From Podarcis bocagei (taxonomy: Eukaryota): a stretch of 64,000 nucleotides of DNA. The notes under the pieces are model-generated. The model was not told the DNA's origin, searched no databases, and was given only the letters and a program-made list of their open reading frames with translations. Positions 25,737-39,340 of this stretch are shown here, one piece after another; within the stretch, counting starts at the first letter, position 1; each line of letters starts with the position of its first letter. The stretch lies in assembly GCA_964188305.1 (NCBI GenBank), contig OZ076895.1; one strand, given 5' to 3'. Position numbers and translations under genes: made by a program.

Positions 25737-28654
25737 CTGTTTTATTTTGGCATTTGCAAGACCAGAAAAGTTTGAGGAGCCCCATGCTATTTAAATGGTA
25801 TGATCATTATTACTCTTTGTAGTATTTAATCTTCTCTTTTAAATTTTAGTAGAGCCCTTCATTTCTTAAAATTCAGCAGAACATTAAACAAGCAAGTGCA
25901 ATAAACATTGTGATGTCAGCCACTCATAAGTCATTTTGTGCTGCAGAAAAATTGACTTCCTTCATGAGGGAAGTATTACTCATTGCCATTAGCTGAGTGT
26001 GTTCCTGACATGGCATGATACAGTAAAACAACAAAATGGTGCACCATGATTCATGTTTGAAAATTGTCTGGTGCCTACACATAGATTAGTGTCATGGCCT
26101 ATATGCCTTTATTTGGGCATCCTGATCTTTTGCTATTTTATTTACCTTACACGTTACCTTTCCAACAAAACAAATAATGTTTACAGTCCTTAAAACCCAC
26201 AGTTGTTTGGGATCTGAAGGTTTCTTCTGCTCATACAGTTGCCATTTTACACCTTGCTCTGAAGTCTTGAGCAAAGTAAGTGAAAGCAACCCAACATTAC
26301 TTTCAACAGTACAAGATTTTGTGTGTCTGCAAGTATCCTGAGAAAAGGCTAAGTTGTGGAAGTTACAATCCTTATATTTCAAAGACTGTAGAAGTTACAG
26401 TACTTTAATTTGTGCATCCAGTTCACTGCAAGTGTTCCAGTTCTGTCATGTTACAAAAATGCAATGTGATAAGTTAGCTTGGAAAAAAACTGCGAGAAAG
26501 GAGAGCTCATGCTGTATAATAAGAGTACATAATACAAAAACAGTAAGAAAAGTGGACCCATGTGTATGGCATGGACTCATAGTTTCTTGCCATGTTGGAA
26601 GACGCAATTAAATATTTACATATTATGTATGCTTTTATTTGTAAGGCTGTGGTGCCTTTAGGGTCAGCTTATCAGGAAATTAAACGGCAGAGCAAACAGC
26701 ATCGTGGAACAAACAAGCCATATGAAATCCTCTTTGCTGAGCAGCAGCAGTGTAACTTATTAGCAAGCAGCTTGTGGCTGTTGCTGACATGATGTCTTCC
26801 TGATGCTAGTTGAAACTGGTGAGATGGCTGATTCAGTCTGATACTTACACAAGAGAGCAAATCACTTTCATTTGACCTATAATGGATTCTCTGGGCAATC
26901 AAGCTGACATCTACAAACTTTGAAGCTCAATCTTTCCCCCCTCTTCTCATTGGTAATGTTACGGGATCCTGATGACCATGGCATGTGGGCATCGCTTTCC
27001 ATTTATTCTCTCTCTGTGATAGCATTGCAGTAGCAAGGACAATACTATAGTTAGAGTCAAATAATTAAGTGCCTGTCCTCATGATTTATTATGTGCTTCT
27101 CAGCTACTGTAATAAAGAAGATTTGGGAACCTGAAGCAATTATTTTAGGCTTCTAGCCTCTTTGCCAATTGTTTAATAATTTATCTTTTTGTGCTTTCTG
27201 TCCAGTGAAGTGCACCTATATTATTAAAGCTTACGTTGCACTTTTCTGGAAAGTTTATCCTCTTCTTTGCCTTCAGTCCTCATCTCTCTTTTACTTTCTG
27301 CTTCTATTCTTTCACATCTCTTCTTTCTTTATAACTTACTTTGCTGCTTCCTCAACAGTTTATTATTCCCTGGCTCTCAATAATTCTGTCTGACAGCCAA
27401 GAATATGAACTATTTTAAAAACATTGGATTATGTCTATAAACATCACTTGTCAGCTTCAGGCCAGGTTAGAGCTATGCCTTATATCTTTCCAGACAGTCC
27501 CTCTCATTCAGTAGCAGTTCAGGCCCAAACCCAATTTAAGCTTCAAGAGTTTGAAACTGTTATCAAGTGCTGATCCATTTTGAAAACTGTCGCAGTTTGG
27601 AAGAAGTTGCCAAAAACTGGTGTGCAAGTGTACCTTATTACTGATAAACCTTCCTAGCTGTTGGAAGCTGTCTAGAGGTTAACTGCTGCCTGCTGTCCAC
27701 AATGGTCTTACGTTTATAAATCTGAATATAAGAATATAATTGAAATACTTACTGTACCTAAAAGGGCAGATAATATAAATCAGAACTTAATACAAGTCCA
27801 CTTGGAATCAGAGCATCAGATTTGACCTTTATCTTGTTCCAGGTTAAGTAATAGTTGAGTTATGAGAACACCTAGGCCACACTTCAGTGGCAGGGTGAGG
27901 GGAGAAGCCTAGAGCATGCCAGACTGGTAAATTACATTGCAGAAAAATGTGGTGCTAATGGACTCAACCCAGAACATGGTCAGAATTGTTTTATTTAGAG
28001 AATGGAATATTAGGGATCTTGGGCTCCAGAGGTTACCTTTGCCTCTGCCAAGTATCATCAGTCTGTGAGGTCCATTTGAGAGGAAAAGAAACTCAAGAAT
28101 ACTTGCTAATGTATGTGATTAAACTGTGAGTGTCTGAGAAGGTTTGAATATGACTCTTCTTAAGCATTATGGAGACGGCCTTCATCCCTGAGCACCTGTT
28201 GACAGTTACCATATTTTAGGTGTGTGTGTTTACACATATATATATAATAGAACACAACAGATTTTAACCATATATGTAGTTACTTGGGTGTAAGTCTAGC
28301 TGGGCTTGATGGGGTTACTTCAGAGTATGGGATCATACTCTGAAGCACATCCTTTTGTGCAGTAATGCAAATACAGATTTGTTTCGTTGAAGCAGTTGAG
28401 ATGTGTAGTACAACTGCAGTTCTCTTTGGAAACAAGTTGTTTTGAGATTTACTGGTTCTTGGAGATCGTGTCCAATAGCAAGTTGACCTAACCATGGCAT
28501 AACTATTAGATATATGATGCTTCCTTCACAATTAGTATTTTCAATTATTGAACATTGAAATGTTCTTTGAATCAACTCTATAGTTGATTGGTGCCTGTTT
28601 TTGGGTTTTTTAAATTACTTGTGCCCCTCTAACAATGGTTGTTAACTTCCTTAG

Positions 28655-28780
28655 GACCTGAACAAGCGTTTGTCACTACCTGCAGACATCAGGATACCAG
28701 ATGGATATCTTGAAAAGCTACAGATAAACAGTCCACCGTTTGATCAACCAATGAGCAGACGATCTCGCAGAGCATCCCTG
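28655..28780 (+). CDS. CDK17: CDK17 coding exon 4 ([23 protein letters not shown]...RRSRRASL)
   Basis: ccttag| acceptor, CTG|gtaagt donor, 126 nt; carries the PCTAIRE KRLSLP and RRASL motifs. Confidence 0.97.
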
Positions 28781-31700
28781 GTAAGTTGCTGCTACCTTTT
28801 CTAGTTGACAGATACTCTGGTAGCCCCTGAAATGTGTTGTGGCATTGGATTATGACTAGCAGTGTTTGTGGTCTGCTGCACAGCAGTGTGGCACATCTGC
28901 TACTGTCTCTCACATTGCTTGATTTTTTTGGACTCAGTTCCAGTAGTTTCTTCTGCTCCTCTCTATACTTAGGATACAGATACCTGACCACTGATTTCTT
29001 GCACATCTGCCATAGTGGTCACCAAAAATATGGTCAGCTCATTAACAGCTGCCAGAATAAATTATATCTTTGTGTACATTTCATGTACTTATATCTTTGG
29101 TATATGCACAGGGAAGTATGTAATTACTAGATAGTTATTACTAGCGTTATTTATAATTTAGACTTTTATTTAAAAAAAACATAATGCTGGGCTAGAAAGT
29201 GGGTTGGGTGATGGTGGTAGTGGCATTTGTTTTGTAAATATCACTGTTATTATTGTCCTCCACATCATCATCATCCCTTTCCCCTGCTGGTTTGTTCATG
29301 CTTATTTTTATTTGGAATGATGATGCCAAAGCTTTGTTTGCACCGTGGGTTCCTGCCAATGGTACCCAACTGTGAGCTCTTCCCTGGCACCTCGCACTTG
29401 AAACTTCTCATATTATGTGTCCCTGTGGAATCATAAATTATTAAATGCCCTAGTTATAAGTATTCTGTGATTTATAAAAACATGCCTCAGACAAGGGAAG
29501 ACTGCAGCAGTTGCAGTGTGCCTTCTATACCATATTAAAATGAAGTTCTGCTGAAAGCACTGGTGTCATAGCATTGAAAGAGGTGATAAAATGCAAAGCT
29601 TATTGTTTCAGTGTGAGCTTAATCGCTGATTAGAACTTTAAAAATACTTTTTTTTAAGAGTATGCCTAGAACATTGTTTCTTGTTTTAAGTCAGTTTTTA
29701 TTCATAGCATTTATTTATAGCAATCATGCTGGCTTTGTTTTAAACTTGGAGAAAATATTATGTGTAAATACTTACTTCTGCCAATCGGAGGTAGGGTAGC
29801 TCTTGTTTACATTGCAAGTTATGCCAGACATAAGGACATGGTGACTTCTTGAAGATTGTGAATGGATCTTCATGAAGGCTTTGAAAATATAACTTGCAGT
29901 CATCCAACACAAACATTTAATTACATGAATGAGCCATAAAAAGCTAAGAAGATCAGAAAGTTGTAGCGACAGCAGGCAAAGACTTTGGAATATTATTTGC
30001 AATCGAGATAATCAAGAGGAGCAGATTTTTGAGGAAGAGCTTCCTTTTAGTAGGGTTGCTTTGGTATGGTGTTTTCCCCCTTGGATGAGAGGAAAGTGGA
30101 CAGCTAAGGAAACTTGGAAGGTGAAAGTAAGGCTTTCATGGGAGTAGATTAGCTACAACAGAGGGAGGACACTATCCTAAATGGTAGAGGCAGAGGCAGG
30201 TTGTATATGGTGCCAGGTAGGAGAGTAGTAAGTTTATACCCAATGTTGGGTGTGTGTTGATGTTAGAAGTGTGTACTTAACAGTAGTTACTGATTCACAA
30301 ATGGTAACTTCCTAATTGTGTGGATTGCAAACTGCCTTGGATTTTTTTTGGGGGGTGTGAAATGGAAAAAGAATAGAAAATGAATAAATTTGGTTACAGC
30401 AACTTTAAAGTCAAAAGAAAAAGCTACGGTTCTCTTAAGATCCTTTCAGCTGCAAAGAAGTGTTTTTATAGAAGGGCTGCTCTGTACCTGTCTTGGCACA
30501 TTCAGATAAATCTATTTCAGTGTGCTTTATAGGATAGCTTGACTATTTTCCCTTCCGTCTCAAGCAATCCTTGTTTGTAGGAACCTGTTTTTCAAGCTGT
30601 AGTAGGAAAAATTGTGCCCTCTAATGAGTATAGTGTGCATTTAAAATGGACCCTCTCTTACAAGACGCCTTTTCTGCGCCCGCACTCCCCCTTCCACATT
30701 TAAAAGGACTTGTTGCTCCTTGTAAGCTGAGATCTGGCAGCTGTGTTTGGGTTTGCAGGCAATGCACGTGCTGCCTCTTTCCTTCTGCTCAGTCCGCTGT
30801 GCTCTTCTTTTGAGATGTGCAACAATTTTGTTTTCAAGAAACTCTGCATTCAACTTAGCCTTTCAGATATGGCACAAACCTTGCTGTTAGCAGAGGGAAT
30901 CAAGTGTTGTTGTTTTTTAAAAAATAGAGTAACAATTTTATGGTCTCCCTTTGAAAACATTTGCATTAAAGGCCTAGCTTAGTGGAGTAAATATTTAATC
31001 AGTTTAGCATGTACTGACAAGTGCAAAGTTGTGTTTGTAGCAATGTATCATCTTGGCACACCTTTAATTCATCTGTCATTTAAGAGCAAGAGTCTATACC
31101 TAATGTTTTTAACCCTTCTATGTTTTAGTGAACTATTACTGTGGTCAAATATATTCCAATTTAACCATTGGCTTTTTGTCACATCCACTAGTGGGGAAGG
31201 TGCAAGGATCCTCATGATCACATATCCCACCCCCCCACCCCAACTTCTCTTGCATGGCTGGAAGAACTTCACCAATGCTTAATTTTCCTTGCCCTGAATG
31301 TCTGATTGTCATGTTGCCCAGACCGGAGGTTGTGGTTTCAAAACAGGGTCAGTTTCAAATCGTGGCAACTTCTAACCCTGGTTTCTGAAACTGGTTTGTT
31401 AAAAGCTAACCAGAGTTTGTTGTAAGTCAGGACAGAAACCTGGCATTCTTGGAAAGTGTAGTTTAGAAAGCAAAAGTCTTTTTTCTTGGAAAGCAAAGTC
31501 TTTTTCTTGACTGCAGGAAGGGAACTGAATGCACAATTCCAGGGTTTCCAGCGACTCCCTCCTTGCACACCCATGGTTTAGCATGACCTGCAAATATGTC
31601 CTATGAGCTATATATCCAGTCACAAAATTTCACTCCTTTTTTTGGCCTTGAACAAGAGTTAAATCCAGTCCTCAGTTTCCATTAGTGTAAAATGTTATGC

Positions 31701-33173
31701 AAGCACATGCCAGTATTAGGAAAACAGTGGTGCTTCAGTTAGTTATATGGGTGCCAATGCTGGTGCTGTCAATAAGGGAGAAATGTTGCCTAGAACGAAG
31801 AGAGGAACGTTACGAAGTACACAGTGCTTTTTGCCCATAGAAGGTTTGCTGGTTGCTTAATAGAATGCCAAGGCCTGTTAGAAAAGACAGAAAAGACTTG
31901 CAGAAAAGGGCCACTACCTATACTGATGTGAGATACAAGTCAGTGATTTGTATCTCCAATATTTAATGTAAAAAAGGTACTGAGAGCTATTGGTTGTACT
32001 GCAAGAGTGCACCTTACAGGGGTGGTATCTCAAGACTGTAGAAGTTCCCAATCTTAATTCCTAGTCTTCAAAGCCTCAATGTTAATTTGAGTTTGCTTTC
32101 ATCTCAGAACATCCTTGAAGTGGTAGTGGGGGAGGGGGAGGACAGAACTGAATAGTTCAATTCTATTTTATCTTAGCTACTTAATGTTCATGCAGCAGTT
32201 ACCTGTGTTGTTTAAATTGGAGGTTTTGACCGTGTTGGGGTCATTTAATGGGCTCTGTATAGAGTTTTTCTTTTATTTACTTTCGTTGGGGTCTACCTGT
32301 GTGGAGATTCTTTTTTTCTGTTTACTTTTGCCTTGATAACGCTTATAGTGAAACCCTCACAAATTGAAGTTGAAACAGCCCTTTACTGTAGGTGAATGAA
32401 ATGTTATACATATTTAATACCATTTTGGGGGCCCAACTAAGTAGGAGAGTTAAACGATTACAATTAGTTCTGTTAACAGACTTATAGTAGATAAGCCCTG
32501 TTGATTATAAAGTAGGTTTTTGTCATGAGGAGAAAAATGAAAGCTGGCTCCATTTAAATAAATAGCAAAAGATGTCTGCGAACTTTAGTAGAATTTTAAA
32601 TCCCCACAATTAGTAACCAGTCATGTAGGGAAAATAGCTTTGAATGTCTGTCAGCATGGTTTCATCAGCCATTTGCAGATAATTGCTGACTTTTGCTTTA
32701 TGCTAGACAGCCCTTACCTCAGCTGATTAGTATTCTGATGGCATTTGATGTGGGGACACAGCATTTCCTTGCAACGGGTAGCAGCAACACATTCCCTCGC
32801 TGCATGGCAAGGCTGGTTGTGCTACCCCTCGCCCCGCCCCCAGTGACACTTGCTTTTTCTCCTGCTTATTCTTCCTCCTGCCAATAAAATCTGGTAACAG
32901 ATGCTGCAAATGTGGTCCCTGTTTAGGGGAACATGAAGGGTAAAAAGCAAATACACGAGCAATGGGCTTGCAGTATGCATGCACGAACATTTCCCATCTA
33001 CACAGAGTGAGAGCTTTAAGCCATAGGCCAAGGTTGGTGTCTTTCTCCTCAGGGCCTCATGTCAGGGCTAAGAGGCGGGAACTGCTAGTATGATTCAGGG
33101 GCATCCATGACATCTGCAACTTCATTTCACTGACATGCTGTATCTGGGATTGCATAAAGCTCATTTGTAGGTA

Positions 33174-33399
33174 CAGTGGTACCTCGGGTTAAGAACTTAA
33201 TTCGTTCTGGAGGTCTGTTCTTAACCTGAAACTGTTCTTAACCTGAGGTACCACTTTAGCTAATGGGGCCTCCCGCTGCTGCCACGCCACCAGAACCCAA
33301 TTTCTGTTCTCATCCTGAAGCAAAGTTCTTAACCCGAGGTACTATTTCTGGGTTAGCGGAGTCTGTAACCTGAAGCGTCTGTAACCTGAGGTACCACTG
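33174..33399. mobile_element. Tigger-like MITE (family of 9907 and 10676)
   Basis: TA TSD, TIR CAGTGGTACCTC(G/A)GGTTA. Confidence 0.9.
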
Positions 33400-35947
33400 T
33401 ACTTTGCAGCCCAGTCCCTCCCTGAGTGTCAGCCACCTTGCTGCCACCATTTGCATTGTTCATATCCCACTGCATGATTCTGCTCTAGATAATTAGTTCA
33501 GGATTGTTTTGCAGTGACCTAAGAGGGTGCGAGGAACTGATGTTGCTATTTGTCTTTCTATGTTTAGCTTCCCATCGAAATCATCCTTGCCAACTGAAGT
33601 GTGGTTGGTGGGGGGCATTCAGTTGTCATGTTTATCTGGCCCCCTTTTAAACAGGACCTTGTGATTGTTTTATTTCTGCAGACTTCCCCCACCCTCCAAA
33701 TAAGTCCTTGATAATGGTTTTTAGTTCCATATACTAAGTAATTTAAACTCTTTGTTTTTTATCAGAAGGGTCATCTGTTTTTTCCATCCTACTCTTTCTC
33801 TGCTGCAGTAAATGGAGCACTGTAGAAACCCACATACAACATGATCTTAAGCCTGTCACTGGGGCTCCCTCCCTAGGAAGTTGATTAGAATCATACCCTG
33901 GTTTGTGATAGGAGCACAAATAATGAGAAACATTTACTACTACTTTTTAAAAACAAAATTCTGTAAAACCTTCCCTAAAGGCTAGTAGTTTTTTGTTTTT
34001 CTTAAGGACTGTACTGTGTGCATACTATTGTTCCTTCCCATTTCTACTTTGTTTATACTTATGTATAAATAGATTCCCCAACAGAGACAGCAATAAAGCT
34101 TTGAGGCAACACAACATTCTCTGTTATGTATAGCTTCAGTGCACAGGAGAAGCAATATTCGGGATTACTGAAGATAATGAGTTGAAGTCTCTTAATAATG
34201 CACTTTTTGCAAGCAGAGTACAGGAATTGCAGTTAAGAGTTGGTGTGAAAGCAGGACTCTAGTCCCACTACTGGGTCAAGGGAAGAATAGCAATTACCCA
34301 GCAAAAGTTAGTTTCAGAAATGGCACTGAAAATTACCAGTTTTACCAGGCTTTTCCTGGTGTTCAGTGGTAAAATGGAGGGGTGGTGGAGGAAACTAACG
34401 TCTTGATTTGCTAGGGAAAGAGGTGCTTTTTAGCAGCGTATTGTTCTTGGGTGAAGTACAAAACACTCGTAGCTCTTACATATATCATGAAAGACATGCA
34501 ACCTACATCAAGATTCTTGTCTTTCTAAAACCAAGTGAGTGGAAAAGGCTTGGCCCACTGCTTGCATGTATTTTAAGCGGGAAAGTGTCCATTTTTTTAA
34601 AAAAAGTGTGTGTGTATGGCTGTGTGTGTGCATATGCACTTCATGTCCTGGCCTACCAGGGGGTGAAGCAAGCTAGGCAGGGGTTTCTCTGTTGTGGCAC
34701 CATGCCAATACAATTCTCTCCCCCTGGAGGTGTGGATGGCAACCGCACTTCTGGAATTCCATTAAAACTTACTTAATTTTCCAAGCCTTCAGAGGAAATT
34801 TATTGTGGTAGTTCAAGGTCTTAGGTTTTTAATCTGCACTTCTAATATTTTTACTGTTTGACACAAAAAAAAGTTTTATTATCAACCATATTTTTAGATG
34901 GATGTTGGAAACCCTCCTGTGATTGCTATGTGTGATGAACGGCGGTCTAAACGTTTGGGAAATAAATGAATATTTGTCTTTGTGTATATTCATTTTGTAC
35001 CTTGGTATCTGTTCTCATGGACCAAGCGTGTGTAAGAAGTAGCCCTCAGAGTCTTATATGGGAAAAGAAAAGTGTGTGGGAAGACAGGCCACATGAGGAA
35101 AGATTTTGCAACCTGCTGCTGGCATAATAAAGAAAACCACAGCCTCTCATCCCAATCCAGCTAAGTAGGTCTGATAGGATAAGCAGACTTGCATGCACAT
35201 ATCTCTTGCTGGGTTTTCTAAAAAAAAAAAAAAATTTCATTCGGTCAAGGTGTGGGTAGCGTCTATATATTAATTTGAATGGGATACATCTTCTGATGTA
35301 CATTTCCCCATCCATGTTCTTGCATAACTAGTCATGCATTCATATTTTGCTTTGATGGGAGATGGATCAGGGCCCATGATGACTTCTGCAGTAAATTAGC
35401 AAATCCAGTTCCAAAGGACCTGGCACAAACTCTGTTACTGGGCTGCGGGTAATCTCCTTTCACATTGCTTCCCAGAGCACCTGAGGTAGAGTTAATATTT
35501 TGAACTGGGACCAATTTGTACGCCCGGAGTGGGGAAACCAGTTTTTACTGGGACATTCAAAGCCAGGGCTTAGATTCAGTGAGTGAGCCAGTGCTTCTGC
35601 AAAGGTGGCAAGGGAAGGGGAGTTCTGATATTTGCTTATTCTTTCTTCCTGCTTCAGTTCCCCATTTGCCACATCTGTTGCTGTTCCAGGCAATCTTCTA
35701 ACCCCCAGAAGCAGATTTCAAAAGGATAAGTGGGCTGCATTGGGAAGATACAGGCAGGAAGTCCACTAAAGAAAGTGCAGCTCCAGGCCCTAGTTTTTAT
35801 CCTGGTATAGACTATCCCAACCCTGCATGGACATATTACTTCCTCAGTTTTGTTTTCCAATAGGTGAACAGTTCTTCATGAGTATCTCACCTATTACAGT
35901 AGTTCTAAATGAATTTGCCTTTTGCCTCCCCCCCCCCTTTATTACAG

Positions 35948-36004
35948 TCTGAAATCGGATTTGGGAAAATGGAAACTTACATAAAATTGGAAAAGCTTGG
36001 TGAG
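35948..36004 (+). CDS. CDK17: CDK17 coding exon 5 (SEIGFGKMETYIKLEKLGE)
   Basis: ttacag| acceptor, GAG|gtatgt donor, 57 nt. Confidence 0.97.
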
Positions 36005-37029
36005 GTATGTATCCTATTCCACCCTACAACCCCCCAAGAGATGTGGGTCTTGTTATCAATAAATTAATACTCACATCAACGTTTTTTCAATGTGTAAGGT
36101 GTTTTATAATCTTGTTTTTTCTCTCACAAGAGTGACAGTGATAGATAGTCACTTGCTGAAACCAACAGAGTCTATGCAGGTCTACAACCAACATTATATC
36201 CACTGCCTTTCATTTATGTTTTTAAATCCTTGACTGTTCAGGATAAGCAATAGGGCAGGCTGGAAAACTAGTAACTGTGCCTTGTTTGTTAAAGGCATGA
36301 TGGTTTTCCTTTGTAATAACTATGCCTAACAGCTGTCATGTTCAGCAGTGGTTATATAGAGATGAATACTTGACAACAAATGAAAGCTTGAGACAGACAT
36401 GACAGTTTCAATTGAGTCATCTGATTTGTGAGGGCATCTTCAGCATATAGAGATGTTATGTGGTCTGATTTTGCCTGGTTATACATTGCATGAGTTGCCC
36501 TAAGGGAACATTATATTACAAAATATATACTTCTTACACTAATGATATTTGCACTCTTGTATTTGCACCATTACACCTTAACACTGTTATTTTAGGCCTT
36601 AGTGGTTCATAGATGAGGACTATTTGATTTTGTCATTCTTTGCATTTTTTTCAAGAATTCATTTAAACATAATTTTTGGGTTATCTCAAACTAATTCCTT
36701 CTCAGAGTAAGCTCATTGAAATTAATGTGCCAGTTACTCGTGTCCATTAATTTTAGTCAGTCTACTCTTGAGTTGCACTAGCATTAGCTGCAACCCTATG
36801 TGTTCAATTCCCCCCCCCCCCAAGAAATGAAAAATAAGCATGTAAAGGAGATCTGGTACACTTGTTGCACTCACAGTTGCTTGACCATGGTTAAACAATC
36901 CCATGGTTAGCCCTTGATTGGCTCTTTTCCACCTCTGTTATTCAGAGTGAAAACTATCTCTACTTGCCCTAACCATGCTTAAGTGCTTGTTTGGCACAGA
37001 TGTTGACCACAGTGCCAACTTAACCCCTT

Positions 37030-37785
37030 TTGAAACTCAATAAGGAGCTTACAGATGAGCTGAGATATAAGAAGGGAATGTATAATAAATGGAAGAAAGG
37101 CGAAATCATGAAGGAACAGTATACACGAGTAGTCAAATGTTGCAGAGAGACGGTCAGGTGGGCCAAAGCTCAGAATGAACTCAAGCTTGCAAGGGAGGTT
37201 AAAAATGATTTCCAAAAGGTTTCTTTGACTATCTTCAAAGCAAGAGGAGGAACAAGCAAGTGGTAGGTCTTCTGCATGGACAAGATGGAGAAATGTCCAG
37301 TTCTGGGCACCACAATGTAAGAAGGATATTTAAAAGCTAGAATGTGTGCAGAGGAGAGGAATCAAGATATGATCAAGGGTCTGGAGACCAAGTTTTATGA
37401 GGAATGGTTGAGGGAGTCGGGTATGTTTAGCTTGATAAAGAGGAGACTGAGAATATATGATAGCCATCTTCAAATATCTAAAGGACTATCACATGGAGGA
37501 TAGTGCAAGCTTGTTTTCTCCTGCTCCAAAGCCTGGGACACAAGCCAGTAGCTTTAAGTTAACAAGAAAGGTGACTAAACATCAGGAAGGCCTTTCTGAC
37601 AGGAAGAGCCGTTCAACAGTGGAACAGACTTCCACAAAAGATGGTGGACTCTCTTTCCTTGGAGGTTTTTAAGCAGAATGGCTGTCTGTCATTTATGATT
37701 TAGTTGAGATTCCTGCATTGCAGAGGGTTAGACTAGATGGCCCCCAGGGTCCCTTCCAGCTCTACAAGTCTATGATTCTATGATT
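37030..37785 (+). mobile_element. CR1 LINE fragment with a large internal deletion
   Basis: ORF2-like YNKWKKG...CRETVRWAKAQNELKLAREVK, then a jump to C-terminal CAGTTCTGGGCACCAC; tail CTATGATTCTATGATT. Confidence 0.85.
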
Positions 37786-37893
37786 TTTAAAATAAAAAAT
37801 CAAAGTTTGGCTTGCTTTTTTTCTATAGCTGGAGAAGAACTCTAAAACAGTTTTTGTGAGTGCATATATTTTGTCATTTTCCTCGCTATACAG

Positions 37894-38008
37894 GGCACCT
37901 ATGCAACTGTATATAAGGGAAGAAGTAAGCTGACAGAAAACTTGGTAGCTTTGAAAGAAATCAGATTAGAACACGAAGAGGGGGCACCATGCACAGCCAT
38001 TAGAGAAG
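37894..38008 (+). CDS. CDK17: CDK17 coding exon 6 ([38 protein letters not shown])
   Basis: atacag| acceptor, G|gtaagc donor; VALK lysine and PCTAIRE helix. Confidence 0.98.
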
Positions 38009-38116
38009 GTAAGCTGATTTTCTTTTCTTTAATTGCATTTTATATGGTTCCACCAACTGGAACTCCAGTAGTATGACTTGTGTGTTGTGAAGAAATGCAT
38101 CAAATCCTGAACCCGA

Positions 38117-38260
38117 GGGGAAAGGCTGTAGCGGAATGGCAGAACACTGTCTTTGCGTGCAGAAGATCCCAGGTTCGAAACCTGCCGTCCCTAGGCAGGG
38201 CTGGGAAAGAACCTTGCCTGAAATCCTGGAGACTTACCTCAAGCCTGTAGATCAACTTGA
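38117..38260 (+). mobile_element. Degenerate tRNA-derived SINE (Squam3-like)
   Basis: GCAGAAGATCCCAGGTTCGAAACC B box and GGGCTGGGAAAGA...CCTGAAATCCTGGAGA body. Confidence 0.65.
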
Positions 38261-38863
38261 ATTCATGTGACAGAGAATTCTGTTCCCTGCCCGTATATTT
38301 CTTTGCCAGAAATGCATCTTGTGACATTCCCAGCAGTTATAAATGATGAAGCATCCTGTCTTTTTGTTTGCTTGCCCAAGTGTCAGACATGAGAAACAAC
38401 TCCTCTTGAGCATAACCCTGTCATAGTAAAACAGTCTGTTATCTTGGTGTGACAGCAAATCTAAACCATGTCCCGCCCCCACTTGAAATATATGGCATTT
38501 TTCATCCTATATTTTTTCTCTCCTCTCCTCTCCCTCACGACTTCCATATGCCCCCTTTTGATCATCACCAAGATAGTTCCCTGGGGCTAAGCCTCTGCTT
38601 TTCAAGCCCCTACAGAAAAAAGTATGCCTAACCCACTCACTCAGAGAAAACTCTGGGCCTTTGGATCCTTTGATTTCACCTGCAGAACATAATTGTATTT
38701 CTGCCTGGATCTGTAGCACATGAACTGAAATAATGGTGTGTAAAAAAATTATATATTTCCAGACAGAGCTGTCCACTATCCATTTGACACGCTAATATCT
38801 GTACACTTCAATTTTTCCATTTATTTACCAGTCCTGGCTATTAATTCTGTTCTCCTTTTGCAG

Positions 38864-38958
38864 TGTCATTGTTAAAAGATCTAAAACATGCAAATATCGT
38901 TACGCTACATGATATTGTTCATACAGACAAATCATTAACTCTGGTCTTTGAGTACCTG
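38864..38958 (+). CDS. CDK17: CDK17 coding exon 7 ([32 protein letters not shown])
   Basis: ttgcag| acceptor, CTG|gtaagt donor, 95 nt. Confidence 0.97.
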
Positions 38959-39148
38959 GTAAGTTGTTTTCTTTCCCACTCAAATTTCTTGTTTGAATTT
39001 GTTTAACCCTAGAGAAATATAATGATACTGTTTCAGTATATGTGAATTGTGGGAGGCAGCGGCGTTAATTAATTCATTCCGTTACCACAATTTCTTGTAT
39101 GAATTGTAGTAAGGTTGCTTTTTTTTTGCTACAAAACTCTTTGAGTGT

Positions 39149-39340
39149 AGATTCAGGTAGGTGGCCGTGTTGGTCTGACGCAGTCGAAATATATATATAA
39201 AAATAAAAAAATTGTCCAGTAGCACCTTAGAGACCAACTAAGTTTATTTTTGGTATAAGCTTTTGTGTGCATGCACACTTCTTCAGATACTTAGTTGGTC
39301 TCTAAGGTGCTGCTGAACAATTTATTTTTTATATATATAA
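39149..39340. mobile_element. Penelope-like element terminal remnant, inverted, with hammerhead motif
   Basis: Same family as 4774; 9-bp TSD TTTGAGTGT at 39140-39148 and 39341-39349. Confidence 0.82.
39253..39290 (-). ncRNA. Minimal type I hammerhead ribozyme motif, G12>A, probably inactive
   Basis: GTAT-CTGAAGA-A-GTGTGC AT GCACAC-AAAA-GCT-T-ATAC: stem I GTAT/ATAC, CUGANGA box, stem II, palindromic AGCT in place of stem III. Confidence 0.6.

Noticed and set aside
36005-36020. GTATCCTA resembling a U12 donor 4 nt into the intron
   Set aside because: Imperfect match to GTATCCTT, no TCCTTAAC branch site before the 37894 acceptor, and its use would frameshift. The U2 donor GAG|GTATGT explains the junction.
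36695-36800. Weak palindromes (also near 16170, 19260, 31330 and 54690)
   Set aside because: Probably very old MITE remnants; TIRs and TSDs could not be defined.
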